Below, piece by piece: positions 10,902 to 21,227 of a DNA stretch of 64,000 nt (positions are counted from its first letter, which is position 1; the number at the start of each line of letters is the position of its first letter). Source of the stretch: an uncultured Acidobacteriota bacterium (GTDB taxonomy: Bacteria; Acidobacteriota; Thermoanaerobaculia; Gp7-AA8; JAHWKK01); assembly GCA_963829355.1 (NCBI GenBank), contig CAWHHZ010000001.1, positions 214,964 through 278,963 on the forward strand, written 5' to 3'. A program made the translations under genes and the position numbers. The notes below the pieces were generated by a model. The model saw only the letters and a list, made by a program, of their open reading frames with translations, was not told where the DNA came from and made no database searches.

Positions 10902-11141
10902 TCACTCCCCTTCGAGCGCTTCGTCCACCAGCATCACCGGAATGTCGCTCACGATCGGATAGATCCGGCCACATTTCGAGCACTTCAGCCCCTGTTCGAC
11001 GACCGGTTCTTCGTCACGGAACTTTTCACGATAACGGTCGCGGATCTCCGTCCGGCGCTGGTCCGTGAGCGAGACGAGAGACACTTCCTGTTTGTCGACA
11101 GGACAGGCAAGAATTTCGAGCAGGGAAGGATCAACGGCCAT
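10902..11141 (-). CDS. Trm112/UPF0434-family small protein
   Basis: LLEILACPVDKQEVSL...KCSKCGRIYPIVSDIPVMLVDEA matches the Trm112p-like family (79 aa). Confidence 0.8.
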   Translation of the reverse strand: MAVDPSLLEILACPVDKQEVSLVSLTDQRRTEIRDRYREKFRDEEPVVEQGLKCSKCGRIYPIVSDIPVMLVDEALEGE

Positions 11142-11208
11142 GGTGGCGACAGTGTAGCAGAGTATGCAACCGTTTTCGGCCTGCTGGCAGTGGTCGAGTT
11201 AGACTTCC

Positions 11209-12308
11209 ATGGTGACTGTTTTCCGCTCCCCCGTTCTGCACGTCGCATCCTTCGATCGCTGGAGCGGCGCGGCCGCGCCGGCACTCGCCGAGACGGCGTC
11301 ATTGAGGCAGGCAGGTATCGACGCGGCGTATGCGTTCACCGGTGGCTATCTGATGGAGGAAAAGCTTCGCGGAGTACCCTGGGCGCATCCGGTTCTGGTC
11401 AGGGGAGAGAGTCCGTGGTCGGTTTACCGCAATGTGCGCGCCCTCAGAAAACTGATCCGCACGGGCGGGTTCGAGATCATCCACACGCATCTGAGTCACG
11501 ATCACTGGCTCGCGCGTCTCGCGATCGGCCGGAAACGACCGATCGCGTCTGGTCAGGACCTTCCACGCCCGGCGCGCAATCAAGACCGATCCGCTGTTTC
11601 GCCGGCTGCTCGGTGCCACCGATGCGCTCGGCCTGGTCAATCCGGTTCTGGCCGATCATCCCGGACTTCAGGGGCGCACGGCCATCGTCACGCCGGCGCC
11701 GGTCGAGCCGCGACACCTCCCCGATGGACCTGCCGCGAGAGAAGCTCATGGCATTCCGCACGACGTTCCCGTAATCGGGTTCATCGGAAAGGTCAGCCCC
11801 GGGCGAGGCTTCGAGGAGGCTGTCGAGACGCTCTCAATTATCCGGCGACAGCATGTCAAATGCCCGGTTGCTCATCGTCGGAAAAGGGCCGCACAGGCCG
11901 GTAATCGAGAATCTGGTCAGAGAGCTGGATCTGGAGCAGGCAGTCGTCTGGGCCGGATATCACGAGGAGGATCTGCCCGAGTACTTTCGCGCGATGAATC
12001 TGATGCTGTTTACGGCCGCGGGATCTGACGAAGGACATCGCGCGATCTCCGAGGCGAACGCATGCGGCACTCCGGTGGCAACATTCCCGCTCCCCGGCGT
12101 CGACTATGTACTGGGAGACACGGCCGGCGACCTCGTCTCTCGTGAAGCTACTCCGGCATCCCTGGCTGAGATCGCCTACCGGATTCTTTCCGGCGAACTT
12201 CGTGGAATCGAAGCCCAGAGTCGTCAAAAATGCTTTCCGCTTCGACTACGTCTCGACCGCGGAACGTCTCTTCAGTCTCTACGGGATCAGCTCACTGGTC
12301 CGCGATGA
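11209..12308 (+). CDS. family 4 glycosyltransferase (GT4), two frameshifts (near 11530 and 11850)
   Basis: Frame 1 N-terminus ...FEIIHTHLSHDHWLARLAIG. Frame 2 middle VRTFHARRAIKTDPLF...AIVTPAPV...HGIPHDVPVIGFIG. Frame 3 C-terminus LLIVGKGPHRPVIENLV...EANACGTPVATFPLPGV. Confidence 0.65.
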
Positions 12309-12376
12309 AACCAGCGGCATCAGTTCCGCCCCGCACGCATCAGCGAAGCTTTTCTACTGATACAATCCACAACCGT

Positions 12377-13627
12377 ATGCAATTAGGAGTGACGAGTGAA
12401 ATCGGCAGACTCAAACGAGTTCTGATCCATCTTCCCGGCCGCGAGATCGACAACATGCTTCCATCGATGATGGAAGAATTGCTGTTCGACGACATTCTTT
12501 TCGGCCAGCTTGCCCGCGAAGAGCATCGGCGGTTCCAGCAGATCATCTGGTTCATCGCGGATGAGATCGTCGATCTCGAGGATCTTCTCGAGGAGACTCT
12601 CCGTGACGACGAGGTCCGCAACCGGATTCTTTCCGACGTTGCGAGACGCTACAAGCTTCCGGCTGTAAGGCTCGATGAGCTGAAGTCACTGACCTCGGTC
12701 GATGCGGCCGAGCGATTGATTGGCGGAATCATCGAAGAAAAGGACAGGAGCGATCCGCATTACATCCTCCCTCCTGTGCCCAACCTCTTCTTCAGCAGAG
12801 ATCCGCAGATGGTGATCGGGGACGGCGTCGCGATCTCCGCGATGGCCACACGCGCGCGCGACCGCGAAGCGCTTCTCTCTCATTACGTCTTCAGACATCA
12901 TCCGAGTTGCCAGGGGCGGGATGTCCTCTGGACCGATGAACCGTCGATCCCATCGACCGGGGACTCTCCCACGATCGAAGGTGGCGACGTTCTGGTGGCA
13001 CGCCGTGACATTCTGCTCGCCGGCCTCTCGGAGCGCACCAACCGCGCGGGGATCGAGCAGCTCGCAGAGTCGCTGCGGAGCTCATCATCGGATGTCAGAA
13101 AGATCTTCGTCATCGAGATCCCGAACAAGCGCTCCTACATGCATCTCGATACCGTCTTCACGATCATCGACAGGGAGGAGTGTCTCGTTTTCCCGCCGGT
13201 GATGCTGAAGGGAGGAGAGAATCAGGCCCGGGTGTACAAGCTCGACCTGACTCGCCGGAACCTCCAATACGAAGAACAGTCGTCCCTTCTCGAAGCGCTC
13301 GCACATGAAGGAATGCCTCTCGAGCCCGTCCCGTGTGGCGGTCCTCGTAGAATCGACCAGGAGCGCGAGCAGTGGACTGACGGGGCAAATGCGTTCGCTC
13401 TTTCTCCAGGAGTCATTCTGCTCTACGAGCGGAACCGCCGGACGGCCGACGAGCTCGCGAACCGGGGGTACGAGATCATCGAGGAAGAGGACCTCCTCCT
13501 CGGACGAACTGATCTGGAGCTCGACAGCGGCAACCGCTATGCTGTGATGATCCGCGGTCATGAGCTTTCGCGGGCGCGGGGTGGGCCTCGTTGCATGACC
13601 ATGCCTCTCCTGCGCGAAGAGCTCTGA
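12377..13627 (+). CDS. arcA: arginine deiminase
   Basis: MQLGVTSEIGRLKRVLIH..., FSRDPQMVIGDGVAI, EGGDVLV, and a C-terminal catalytic Cys (CMTMPL). Start taken at the internal ATG 12377. Confidence 0.9.
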   Translation: MQLGVTSEIGRLKRVLIHLPGREIDNMLPSMMEELLFDDILFGQLAREEHRRFQQIIWFIADEIVDLEDLLEETLRDDEVRNRILSDVARRYKLPAVRLDELKSLTSVDAAERLIGGIIEEKDRSDPHYILPPVPNLFFSRDPQMVIGDGVAISAMATRARDREALLSHYVFRHHPSCQGRDVLWTDEPSIPSTGDSPTIEGGDVLVARRDILLAGLSERTNRAGIEQLAESLRSSSSDVRKIFVIEIPNKRSYMHLDTVFTIIDREECLVFPPVMLKGGENQARVYKLDLTRRNLQYEEQSSLLEALAHEGMPLEPVPCGGPRRIDQEREQWTDGANAFALSPGVILLYERNRRTADELANRGYEIIEEEDLLLGRTDLELDSGNRYAVMIRGHELSRARGGPRCMTMPLLREEL

Positions 13628-13656
13628 CGCGGCTTCCATAGAAAGGTCTTTTCATC

Positions 13657-14637
13657 ATGTCGACGGAACGTCGAAAGGTCGCCGTCGTGGCGTTTGGAGG
13701 AAATGCTCTCCTCCAGCCCGGCGATCGCGGTACTCAGGAAGAGCAGGTAGCACGCGCGCGCCAGGCTTCGAGATGGCTCGCCGATATCATCGCGCAGGGC
13801 TGGCGCCTCGTGCTGGTTCACGGTAACGGCCCGCAGGTCGGGAACATCCTCATTCAGGCCGAGGAAGCATCGACCAAGATCCCGCCACAGTCTCTCGATG
13901 TGGCCGTCGCCCAGACCGAGGGCTCGATCGGATTCCTGCTCCAGCAGGCGATGCGAAACCGGCTCGAGTTTCTCAACATCGATCCGGTCGTCGCGACGAT
14001 CCTGACCGAAGTCGAGGTCGATGCGAGGGACCAGGGCTTCAAAGTACCCACCAAACCGATCGGGCCCTTCTTCACACGTTATCGCGCCGAAGTGCTGAAT
14101 CGAGACTTCGGCTGGACAATGCGCGAGGACTCCGGACGCGGGTGGCGGAAGGTCGTGGCCTCACCAAAGCCTCTGCGGGTGCTCAACATGGATGCGATCC
14201 GGACTCTGGTCGAAGTGTGCGATGTGCTGGTCGCGGGAGGCGGCGGCGGGATCCCCGTCGTCCGAGGCCGCGACCGGCAATGGCGGGGCGTCGAGGCAGT
14301 CATCGACAAGGACCACTCCTCAGCCCTGATAGCGAGCGAGCTCGAAGCTGATCTGTTCATCGTCATCACGGGGATCTCGCGAGTGGCTGTCGAGTTCGGC
14401 AGACCGACGCAGAAGTGGCTCGAGTATCTTTCGGTCGAAGACGCAACCGCCTATCTCGAATCGGGCGAGTTTCCGCCGGGATCGATGGGACCAAAGATCG
14501 AAGCCGCGCTCGACCACGTAAAGCGGACCGGCAAGGAAGTTCTGATCACCGACATCGACCACATTCGCGAAGCCCTCGACGGCACGGCGGGCACCATCAT
14601 CGGTCCCGGCAAGACGAGATACGCGCCAGGAATCTAA
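13657..14637 (+). CDS. arcC: carbamate kinase
   Basis: VVAFGGNALLQ...LVLVHGNGPQVG...GGGGGIPVV match the carbamate kinase family. 30 nt downstream of arcA. Confidence 0.9.
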   Translation: MSTERRKVAVVAFGGNALLQPGDRGTQEEQVARARQASRWLADIIAQGWRLVLVHGNGPQVGNILIQAEEASTKIPPQSLDVAVAQTEGSIGFLLQQAMRNRLEFLNIDPVVATILTEVEVDARDQGFKVPTKPIGPFFTRYRAEVLNRDFGWTMREDSGRGWRKVVASPKPLRVLNMDAIRTLVEVCDVLVAGGGGGIPVVRGRDRQWRGVEAVIDKDHSSALIASELEADLFIVITGISRVAVEFGRPTQKWLEYLSVEDATAYLESGEFPPGSMGPKIEAALDHVKRTGKEVLITDIDHIREALDGTAGTIIGPGKTRYAPGI

Positions 14638-14639
14638 AG

Positions 14640-14758
14640 TCATCCTGAGAGGATCGCGTACGAAATGACTCGAAGTAAATTGAGCAGGGACTCAGGGCGA
14701 GTATGACTCCACGCGATCCTTCGACCGTCCTCCGCTGCGCTCCGGCGGCTCAGGATGA
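14640..14758. repeat. GTCATCCTGAG-TIR element (MITE/REP-like) wedged between convergent stop codons
   Basis: Left TIR agtcatcctgag directly after the arcC TAA; right TIR ggctcaggatgac supplies the TCA (=TGA) stop of the minus-strand DUF971 gene. Internal inverted repeat ggatcgcgt...acgcgatcc. Confidence 0.6.
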
Positions 14759-15097
14759 CGGATCACTGGCGCCTTGCGCGTCTTCGCTCCTGCACTCGTC
14801 GCACGGGCAGAGAGATCTAAGCCTGTCGAAGCTCCAGATTCCGAAGCGATGACCATCAGCCCAGTTCAGTTGCAGTCCATACCGGCCGCTCTTTTCGATT
14901 CCCGTGAGCTCGAACGATTTCTCCGAGAGCTCCGGCTGCTTTGGGCGTGCGATACGACCGAACAAATCGGGCTCGCCGGAGCACGTCGCGCAGGGACAAT
15001 GGTGGCGGAGATGGCGTAGCTCGAAGTATGTTTCGTGACCGTCGTCCCATACGATCACGAGCTCATTTCCGAGGACGTCGTAGAATTTCGGTGTCAT
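14750..15097 (-). CDS. DUF971 family protein (gamma-butyrobetaine hydroxylase-like N-terminal domain)
   Basis: CPCATCSG...CPCDEC paired Cys motifs; ~110 aa. Confidence 0.65.
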   Translation of the reverse strand: MTPKFYDVLGNELVIVWDDGHETYFELRHLRHHCPCATCSGEPDLFGRIARPKQPELSEKSFELTGIEKSGRYGLQLNWADGHRFGIWSFDRLRSLCPCDECRSEDAQGASDPSS

Positions 15098-16158
15098 GAC
15101 CTCTGATCATAACGGTTCGAATCCGCCAGCCGGTGAAAATCTGCTCGATGACGAGCAATCACTGATCGACATGATCAAGCGCAGATTCGCTCCTCGCTGG
15201 CGAAGGGATGATCGGCATTGGCGATGACGCGGCCGTGCTGCCCGGAGCCGATCCACTCGTCGCGACGACCGATCTCCTGATCGAAGGCGTGGACTTCTTC
15301 CCCGATGCTCCGATGTGGTTCGTCGGCAGAAAGGCTCTCTCTGCGAATCTGTCTGATCTCGCAGCGATGGGAGCCGAACCTGAAGCGTTCCTGCTGACCC
15401 TGGGGATTCCCCCGGGCTCGAGAAAGCAGATGAGCGATCTCGTTGACGGGATGGCGGAGAAGGCAGCGCGAGCGGGGATCGTTCTCGCCGGTGGCGACCT
15501 ATCCGGGGCGGAACGACTTCTGATCTCGATCACGGCGCTCGGGCGTCTCCGCAACCGACGGGCGCTGCTGAGATCCAGTGCGATGGTGGGTCAGTCGGTC
15601 TTCGTCAGCAGGCCGCTCGGGGCCGCAGCCGCTGGTCTGCAGCTTCTCCGCGCCGGCTGGCGGCTCGAGCGGGACGGGAGCGCTACGGGCCCGGCGGCCG
15701 CTTCGTACGAGATCCGCGAGCTCGCGGCGTCGCTCCTCAGAGCACAGCTCGATCCCGAACCGGAGGTGGCGCTCGGCATGAAGCTCGGGTCGATCGAGAA
15801 GATCGGCGCCTGTATCGATCTGTCCGACGGTCTTTCCCGTGATCTTGCGCGTGTGTGCGCCGCCTCGCGCGTGGGAGCGACCATCGACTGGGAGCGGCTT
15901 CCGGTCGTTTCGGATCTGGAACGCCTGAGCATCTTTCTGAAGATCGACGCCGCCGCGTGTGCACTTCACGGCGGCGAGGAGTTTTCTCTGCTGTTCACAG
16001 CGAGAGGCGGAGAAGGGGAGCTCAGTGGTCTGCTGGGACGTCCCGTATACAGGATCGGCCGGATCGAGTCTGAGCCGGGCGTGCGGCTGCTGCGCGGCGG
16101 AAAAGCGACTCCGCTCCCCCCTCTCGGCTTCGACCACTTCGCACGCGCGTCATCCTGA
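15096..16158 (+). CDS. thiL: thiamine-monophosphate kinase, frameshift near 15190
   Basis: N-terminal 30 aa (MTSDHNG...EQSLIDMIKRRFA) in frame 3, then IGIGDDAAVL...DLLIEGVDFF in frame 1. The stop TGA lies inside a repeat TIR. Confidence 0.75.
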
Positions 16159-16205
16159 GCGCCAGCGAAGGATCGCGTCCGGAATGACTCCCTCGGTGAG
16201 GATCT
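16151..16205. repeat. partial GTCATCCTGAG-TIR element
   Basis: gtcatcctgagcgccagcgaaggatcgcgt is identical to the left end of the copy at 60362; it provides the thiL stop codon. Confidence 0.4.
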
Positions 16206-18107
16206 TTACTGGCTGACGTTCTCGAGCTGTTTGATCCGCTCGGCGACGTCCCGGTAGTTCGAGTTCACGCCGTAAATCTCGACGAACGTCTTGTGAGCCT
16301 GCGTGGTGTCGCCGACCTCGACGTGGGCGCTGGCGAGCTCGTAGAGCAGACCTATGTGCTCGTCCTCGGTGATTTCGGGAACCTCGAGGCCTTTGTTGTA
16401 CCACTTGATCGCGAGCTGAGGCATACCCTTCTCGAGGAAGCAGAGACCGAGCATCGAACAGCACTCGACGGTCCGCTTCGGATCTTTCGACGCGATCTGG
16501 AACTCGCCGATCGCTTCGTCGATGAGCCCCATCTCTTTGTAGGCGATCCCTAGGTTGTAGTGGGTGTCATGATCCTCGGCGTCGAGCTGTTCCTCGACAC
16601 CCTTCTTGAATTCACGGAATACGTCTTCGAGCGACTGTTCCTCTTCCGAGAGGGAGATGTCGTCGTCGAACTCACCTTCGAGCTCCTGCTCGAGCTCGGC
16701 AGCCAGGTCGAAGAAGTCGTCCTCATCGGCGAAGAGACCTTCTTCTTCCTCTGCGCTGATCTCGGCTGCCAGGGGAGGTTCTTCCTCCGCTGAAGCCTGG
16801 GCCCGGTCGATGCCGCTCGTTACCTCGTCGTCATCGTCCGGGATCGCCGAGAGCAATTCTGCTTCGATGTCGAGGGCGGGAGGCGAGTCGGGCTCGGCTG
16901 GTGGCGGCACAGCAGATCTCTTCTGCTGAATCGTTTCGATCCGATTCCGGACTCTCGAGTCATCGGGATGCGCGGCGGCCATCGCTTCGAGTCGTTCGCT
17001 CGCTTCGTCGAAGAGCTCCTGCTCGATGTAGAAATCGATCTCGCTCAGCTCTTCCTCGGAGAGAGGTTCCTGTCCGGCTGTTGCCGACGGATGGGCTTCG
17101 GCGGCAGAGGGCACCTCAGTCTCCCCGAACGACATCTCGAGCTCTTCGGGTTCCTCGATCTCTTCGACGGCGGTCTCCGCGAGCTCCTCGACTTCTTCGA
17201 GGTCTTCGTCCTCGCCGATCTCTTCGATCTCCTCGATTTCCTCCGGTTCCTCCGGAGCGAGATCGAGTCCCGCACCTTCATCGAAGTCGAGCGTCAGCTC
17301 CTCGGAGGAAACCTCCATCTCGAGTCCGGATGCATCAACGGATGCGGGCTCCTCTTCGACCTCGAGTGTCAGCTCGTCCCCGGCTTCGAGCTCGAGCTCT
17401 TCTTCAACCTCCGGGAGGTCCTCGGCTTCGAGCTCCAGTTCCTCTGGCTCGATCTCGAGAGAGATCTCCTCCGGTTCATCCGAATCGACCGTGGGAGCCG
17501 ATGTCTCCTCGAGCTCCATCTCGTCCGGAAGCGTCATCTCTTCCGGCTCATCACTCACTTCACCGGCTAGCTCGACCTCGGGAGCTCCCGGCGGAGTGCT
17601 CTCACCGGAATCGAGGCCCCGCGATGCCAGCTCGTTGACGATTTCCTCGGCACGTTCGTTCTCGTTCTGCTCGCGCAGCACGCGTACGAATCGGCGCCCC
17701 AGTTCGCCGGCATTTTCGTTCTGACTCTCTTCGAGATATGTGTGGAAAAGCTTCTCGTACGCAGGAAGATGCTCGGGTGCATGATCGAGTACCTTGTTGA
17801 GGTGTTCGATCGCTCTGTCGAGCAGGCCGTATTTCGCGAAAACCTCCGCCTCGGTCATGTGCTCGGTGATGAACGCGAGATCCTCTTCGCCTCGATCAGT
17901 CGCCGTGACTGAAGCTGGAGCTTCCGCGGGTTGGGCCTCCGCGGCGGGACCTTGTGGCGACGTGAGGCCAAACTCCAGCGCAGCGTCTCCGTCCAGCCCG
18001 AAGCTCAGGTCCGTCGCAGGTTCGTCAGCGTCGAGAACGATTTCCTCAGCCTCATCCTCTCCCATGCTGATTTCGGGCGAGTCGTCGAGATCGATACCGA
18101 ATTCCAT
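16206..18107 (-). CDS. highly acidic (Glu/Asp-rich) low-complexity protein with TPR-like N- and C-terminal domains
   Basis: Central ELEL/EEE low-complexity region; C-terminal TPR-like HYNLGIAYKEMGLIDEAIGEFQIA.... Same frame as the upstream TPR ORF, separated only by one TGA; weak start context. Confidence 0.55.
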   Translation of the reverse strand: MEFGIDLDDSPEISMGEDEAEEIVLDADEPATDLSFGLDGDAALEFGLTSPQGPAAEAQPAEAPASVTATDRGEEDLAFITEHMTEAEVFAKYGLLDRAIEHLNKVLDHAPEHLPAYEKLFHTYLEESQNENAGELGRRFVRVLREQNENERAEEIVNELASRGLDSGESTPPGAPEVELAGEVSDEPEEMTLPDEMELEETSAPTVDSDEPEEISLEIEPEELELEAEDLPEVEEELELEAGDELTLEVEEEPASVDASGLEMEVSSEELTLDFDEGAGLDLAPEEPEEIEEIEEIGEDEDLEEVEELAETAVEEIEEPEELEMSFGETEVPSAAEAHPSATAGQEPLSEEELSEIDFYIEQELFDEASERLEAMAAAHPDDSRVRNRIETIQQKRSAVPPPAEPDSPPALDIEAELLSAIPDDDDEVTSGIDRAQASAEEEPPLAAEISAEEEEGLFADEDDFFDLAAELEQELEGEFDDDISLSEEEQSLEDVFREFKKGVEEQLDAEDHDTHYNLGIAYKEMGLIDEAIGEFQIASKDPKRTVECCSMLGLCFLEKGMPQLAIKWYNKGLEVPEITEDEHIGLLYELASAHVEVGDTTQAHKTFVEIYGVNSNYRDVAERIKQLENVSQ

Positions 18108-18155
18108 CTCCCCGGCTGATTCGGGCTCGGTTTCTGGCCCGCCATCCCGGCAACA

Positions 18156-19367
18156 TCATACCGGCTCTTCAGACGGCGCGGGTTCGGACGGAGTGATTCC
18201 CATCTGTTGCTGCACAAAGGCGAGCTTCTTCTTGTACTGCTCGTTCTGAGGCTCACGCTCGACAAGGCTCTCCAGAACGCCGACGGCGGCGTGATTGTCG
18301 CCATTCGCGATATGAGCCTCTGCCAGTGAATTCATCGCCGAGATTGCGTGAGTTTCCTGATTGGCCTTCGTGTGGGCCTCGACGACCTTCTCGAGTGTGC
18401 GGGGATGGTTCGGGTCGGCCGCCAGGATCGTGCTGAGCAGCGTTACCGCTTCAGCGTTCTCGTCGATGCGAATGAGAGCGTCGACTCTTGGAAGCAGAAT
18501 TTCGAACGCCTGATTGACGTCGCCCTTCTTGATATGCAGATCCGCGAGAGCCTCTCTCGTGCCCCCGTGCTCCGGACTCGCCGCAAGCGACTCCTCCAGC
18601 ATCGACTGCGCCGCGCCGAGGTCGCCCTTACCCGTCAGTGCTCTGCCGAGCAGCGATGAAAGCTGTGGGTCGTCAGGGCTGGCGCCACGGGCGGTCTCGA
18701 GAACCTGTATGGCCCCGTCGTGCTGGCCCGCATCATTGAGTGCGTTGACGAGCGAGGAGACCAGCTCAATGTTCGACGCGTCGATCTTGACGGCCTTCTG
18801 AAAAACCTGGCTCGCCTCATCGTACATCCCCTTCTTGAGAAGGAGGCGTCCTACACGGTCGTACTGCTTGAGCGCTTCGTCGGTCTGACCATTCTGCTGA
18901 TAGAGATCGGCCAGCTTGACGTGTATGTTGATGGAGTTCGGATCCAGCTCCGAGATTTTGCGGTAGGTCTGGAGCGCTCCCGCCGTATTGCCTTGCTTGA
19001 TGCTGTAGTCGGCGAGCACCAGGTACTGACTCTTCGCCTCCATCGCAAGGCCCTGCTTCGCATAAAGCTCGGCGAGCTTTTCGTAGATCTCGAGTCGAGA
19101 CGGATCGAGCTTGTTGATCTTCTTGTAGATCGCGATCGCCTTGAGGAAGAATCCGTCGCGGGAGTAGTGGTCCGCGATCCGGGTAAATACATCCACCGCC
19201 TCATTGGGACGGTTGATCCGAACCCAGAGGTCGCCGATTCGATTCAGCGTGTTGACGTCATTGGGGTTATCCGACAGAAGACGCTCGTACTCCTGGATGG
19301 CGTCCTCGATCTTCCCCTTGGAGACGTATTTTTCCGCTTTCGCGATAATTTTGTCGCGCGATGCCAT
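18156..19367 (-). CDS. tetratricopeptide (TPR) repeat protein
   Basis: About nine TPR-like units (AIQEYERLLSDNPNDVNTLNRIGDLW..., AIAIYKKINKLDP...). Confidence 0.75.
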   Translation of the reverse strand: MASRDKIIAKAEKYVSKGKIEDAIQEYERLLSDNPNDVNTLNRIGDLWVRINRPNEAVDVFTRIADHYSRDGFFLKAIAIYKKINKLDPSRLEIYEKLAELYAKQGLAMEAKSQYLVLADYSIKQGNTAGALQTYRKISELDPNSINIHVKLADLYQQNGQTDEALKQYDRVGRLLLKKGMYDEASQVFQKAVKIDASNIELVSSLVNALNDAGQHDGAIQVLETARGASPDDPQLSSLLGRALTGKGDLGAAQSMLEESLAASPEHGGTREALADLHIKKGDVNQAFEILLPRVDALIRIDENAEAVTLLSTILAADPNHPRTLEKVVEAHTKANQETHAISAMNSLAEAHIANGDNHAAVGVLESLVEREPQNEQYKKKLAFVQQQMGITPSEPAPSEEPV

Positions 19368-19984
19368 ATCTTTCGGATATTAATCGAAAAGTGTCGCCTG
19401 AGGTCCCGCTTTCGAAGGACTTTCTGTGGATCGGAGTCAGCCCTCTTGACGACAACGCCTGTCGATGTGACTCGGTAGCGTATCCCCGATTGTTTTCGAA
19501 ATCATACTCTGGATAGCATCCATGATACGAGTCCATCAGCAGATCGCGGTAAACCTTGGCGACAACCGAGGCGGCGGCAACTGAGACGACTCCTGGAGTC
19601 TCCTCGGATGATCGGAAGCTGGGTGACGTCGAGACTCTCCACCGCAACGGCGTCGGTCACGACGATATCGGGTCTGACGTCGAGATCGACGACGGCTCGC
19701 ATCATCGCGAGCTTGCTCGCCTCGAGAATGTTGATGCGGTCGATCGTTCGCGGCTCAACGACAGCGACCGCAACCGAGCGCGCGGTGGCCATGATGTGAT
19801 CGAACACGGCGAGCCGGGCATGGGGAGGAATCAGCTTCGAATCGCGGACGCCGAGTGTGGTCTCTCCGCCGAGAATGACGGCTGCGGCCACGACGGGTCC
19901 TGCCAGGCATCCGCGCCCCACCTCGTCAGTCCCGGCAATCGCCCGGAAGCCCAGACGACGAAGCTCGCGCTCCATCTCCGACAT
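19267..19984 (-). CDS. rnhB: ribonuclease HII, frameshift near 19550-19640; 3' end uncertain
   Basis: AGTDEVGRGCLAGPVVAAAVIL...VRDSKLIPPHAR in one frame; the C-terminal ...GCYPEYDFENNRGYATESHRQAL...GLTPIHRKSF in another. Confidence 0.7.
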
Positions 19985-20054
19985 TTCGGCGAGTCGCGCG
20001 AGCTCCTTGAGCAGACCCTCGGGAAGGGTCGTGCGTATCTGTCGAGTCAGACGT

Positions 20055-20405
20055 CTATTTCGGGCGCCGCTCTTCGATCCTGGCGGCCTTACCGCGGAGG
20101 TCTCGCAGGTAGTAGAGTTTTGCACGTCGGACTCGCCCATGTCGCGCCACCTCGATCTTGTCGATGATCGGAGAGTAGAGAGGGAAAATTCTCTCGACTC
20201 CTACGCCGCCGGAGATCTTACGAACGGTGAAAGACTGGCGTGAACCGCCGCCGCGCCTCGCGATGACGACGCCCTGGAAGATCTGGATGCGCTCTTTCTC
20301 GCCCTCGCGGACTTTTACATGGACCTTGACGGTGTCGCCGGACGTGAAGGAAGGCATCTCCTTCTGCATCTGCGTCGCTTCCACCTTCTGCATGATGTCA
20401 GCCAT
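20055..20405 (-). CDS. rplS: 50S ribosomal protein L19
   Basis: Full-length L19 ([32 protein letters not shown]...). Confidence 0.95.
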   Translation of the reverse strand: MADIMQKVEATQMQKEMPSFTSGDTVKVHVKVREGEKERIQIFQGVVIARRGGGSRQSFTVRKISGGVGVERIFPLYSPIIDKIEVARHGRVRRAKLYYLRDLRGKAARIEERRPK

Positions 20406-20475
20406 TGTTCTGATTACCTTTCATAGCGGCGCGAGGCGCCGTGAACTTTTACGATTAACGATTCTGCGGACCGAG

Positions 20476-21227
20476 TCAACGGTCCTCTCGATTTTCCGGT
20501 TCGAGCTCCTCGAGCATCTTTCGACCCTCAGCGTCCAGATCGACCGACTCGAGAAGGTCCGGCCTCTTCAGCAGCGTCGCCCTGAGAGACTCCTTCTTCC
20601 GCCACTGCCGTATCCGCTCAGCATGCCCGGATAGCAGCACTTCCGGGACATCCATTCCGCGAACTTCCGCCGGTCTCGTGTAGTGCGGATGATCGAGCAG
20701 TCCGTTGTAAAACGAATCTTCCTCTACCGAATTCCTGTCTCCCACCACATCCTCGACCATTCGGGAAACCGCGTCGATCACGACCATGGCGGGCAATTCC
20801 CCTCCCGACAGCACGTAATCCCCGATCGAAATCTCCTCGTCGACGATCGAGCTCCTCACGCGTTCGTCGACTCCTTCGTACCGGCCACACAGGATGATCA
20901 GCCAGTCGTGGCCCCCGAGCCGAGTCGCCGTGGCATTCTCGAATCGCTCTCCCTGAGGTGACATCAGGATGACCCGCGGGGTCTTCGCAGGTGCCTGCCG
21001 GCGGATCTCCTCGACGCATCGAAAGAATGGCTCGGCGAGCATGACCATGCCTGCTCCCCCTCCGTATGCCTCGTCATCTGTCGACCTGTGCCGGTCGGTC
21101 GTGAAGTCGCGAAGGTCCCAGATGTTGAGCTCGATGATGTTTTGTTTGATCGCCCGCGCAACCACCCCTTCGTTACGGATCGTCTCGAACATCGGCGGGA
21201 AGATGGACACCACGTCGACCCTCAGCT
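20476..21227 (-). CDS. trmD: tRNA (guanine37-N1)-methyltransferase domain, in one continuous frame with upstream rimM (no stop between them)
   Basis: RVDVVSIFPPMFE...EAYGGGAGMVMLAEPFF...RVILMSPQGERF...LIILCGRYEGVDERV...ISIGDYVLSGGELPAMVVIDAV match TrmD. Confidence 0.85.

Noticed and set aside
10824-11774. 316-aa plus-strand ORF spanning the Trm112 and GT4 region
   Set aside because: Overlaps the well-supported minus-strand Trm112 gene and is out of frame with the GT4 gene; high-GC artefact.
16206-18107. Acidic repeat protein as a frameshifted or eroded pseudogene
   Set aside because: The frame is open for 633 codons with coherent TPR-like ends, and the low-complexity EL/EE repeats are in frame, consistent with a genuine acidic protein.
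18108-18156. SECIS element after the in-frame TGA between the two TPR ORFs
   Set aside because: No stable hairpin within 40 nt downstream of that TGA, and no Cys/Sec-like active-site context.
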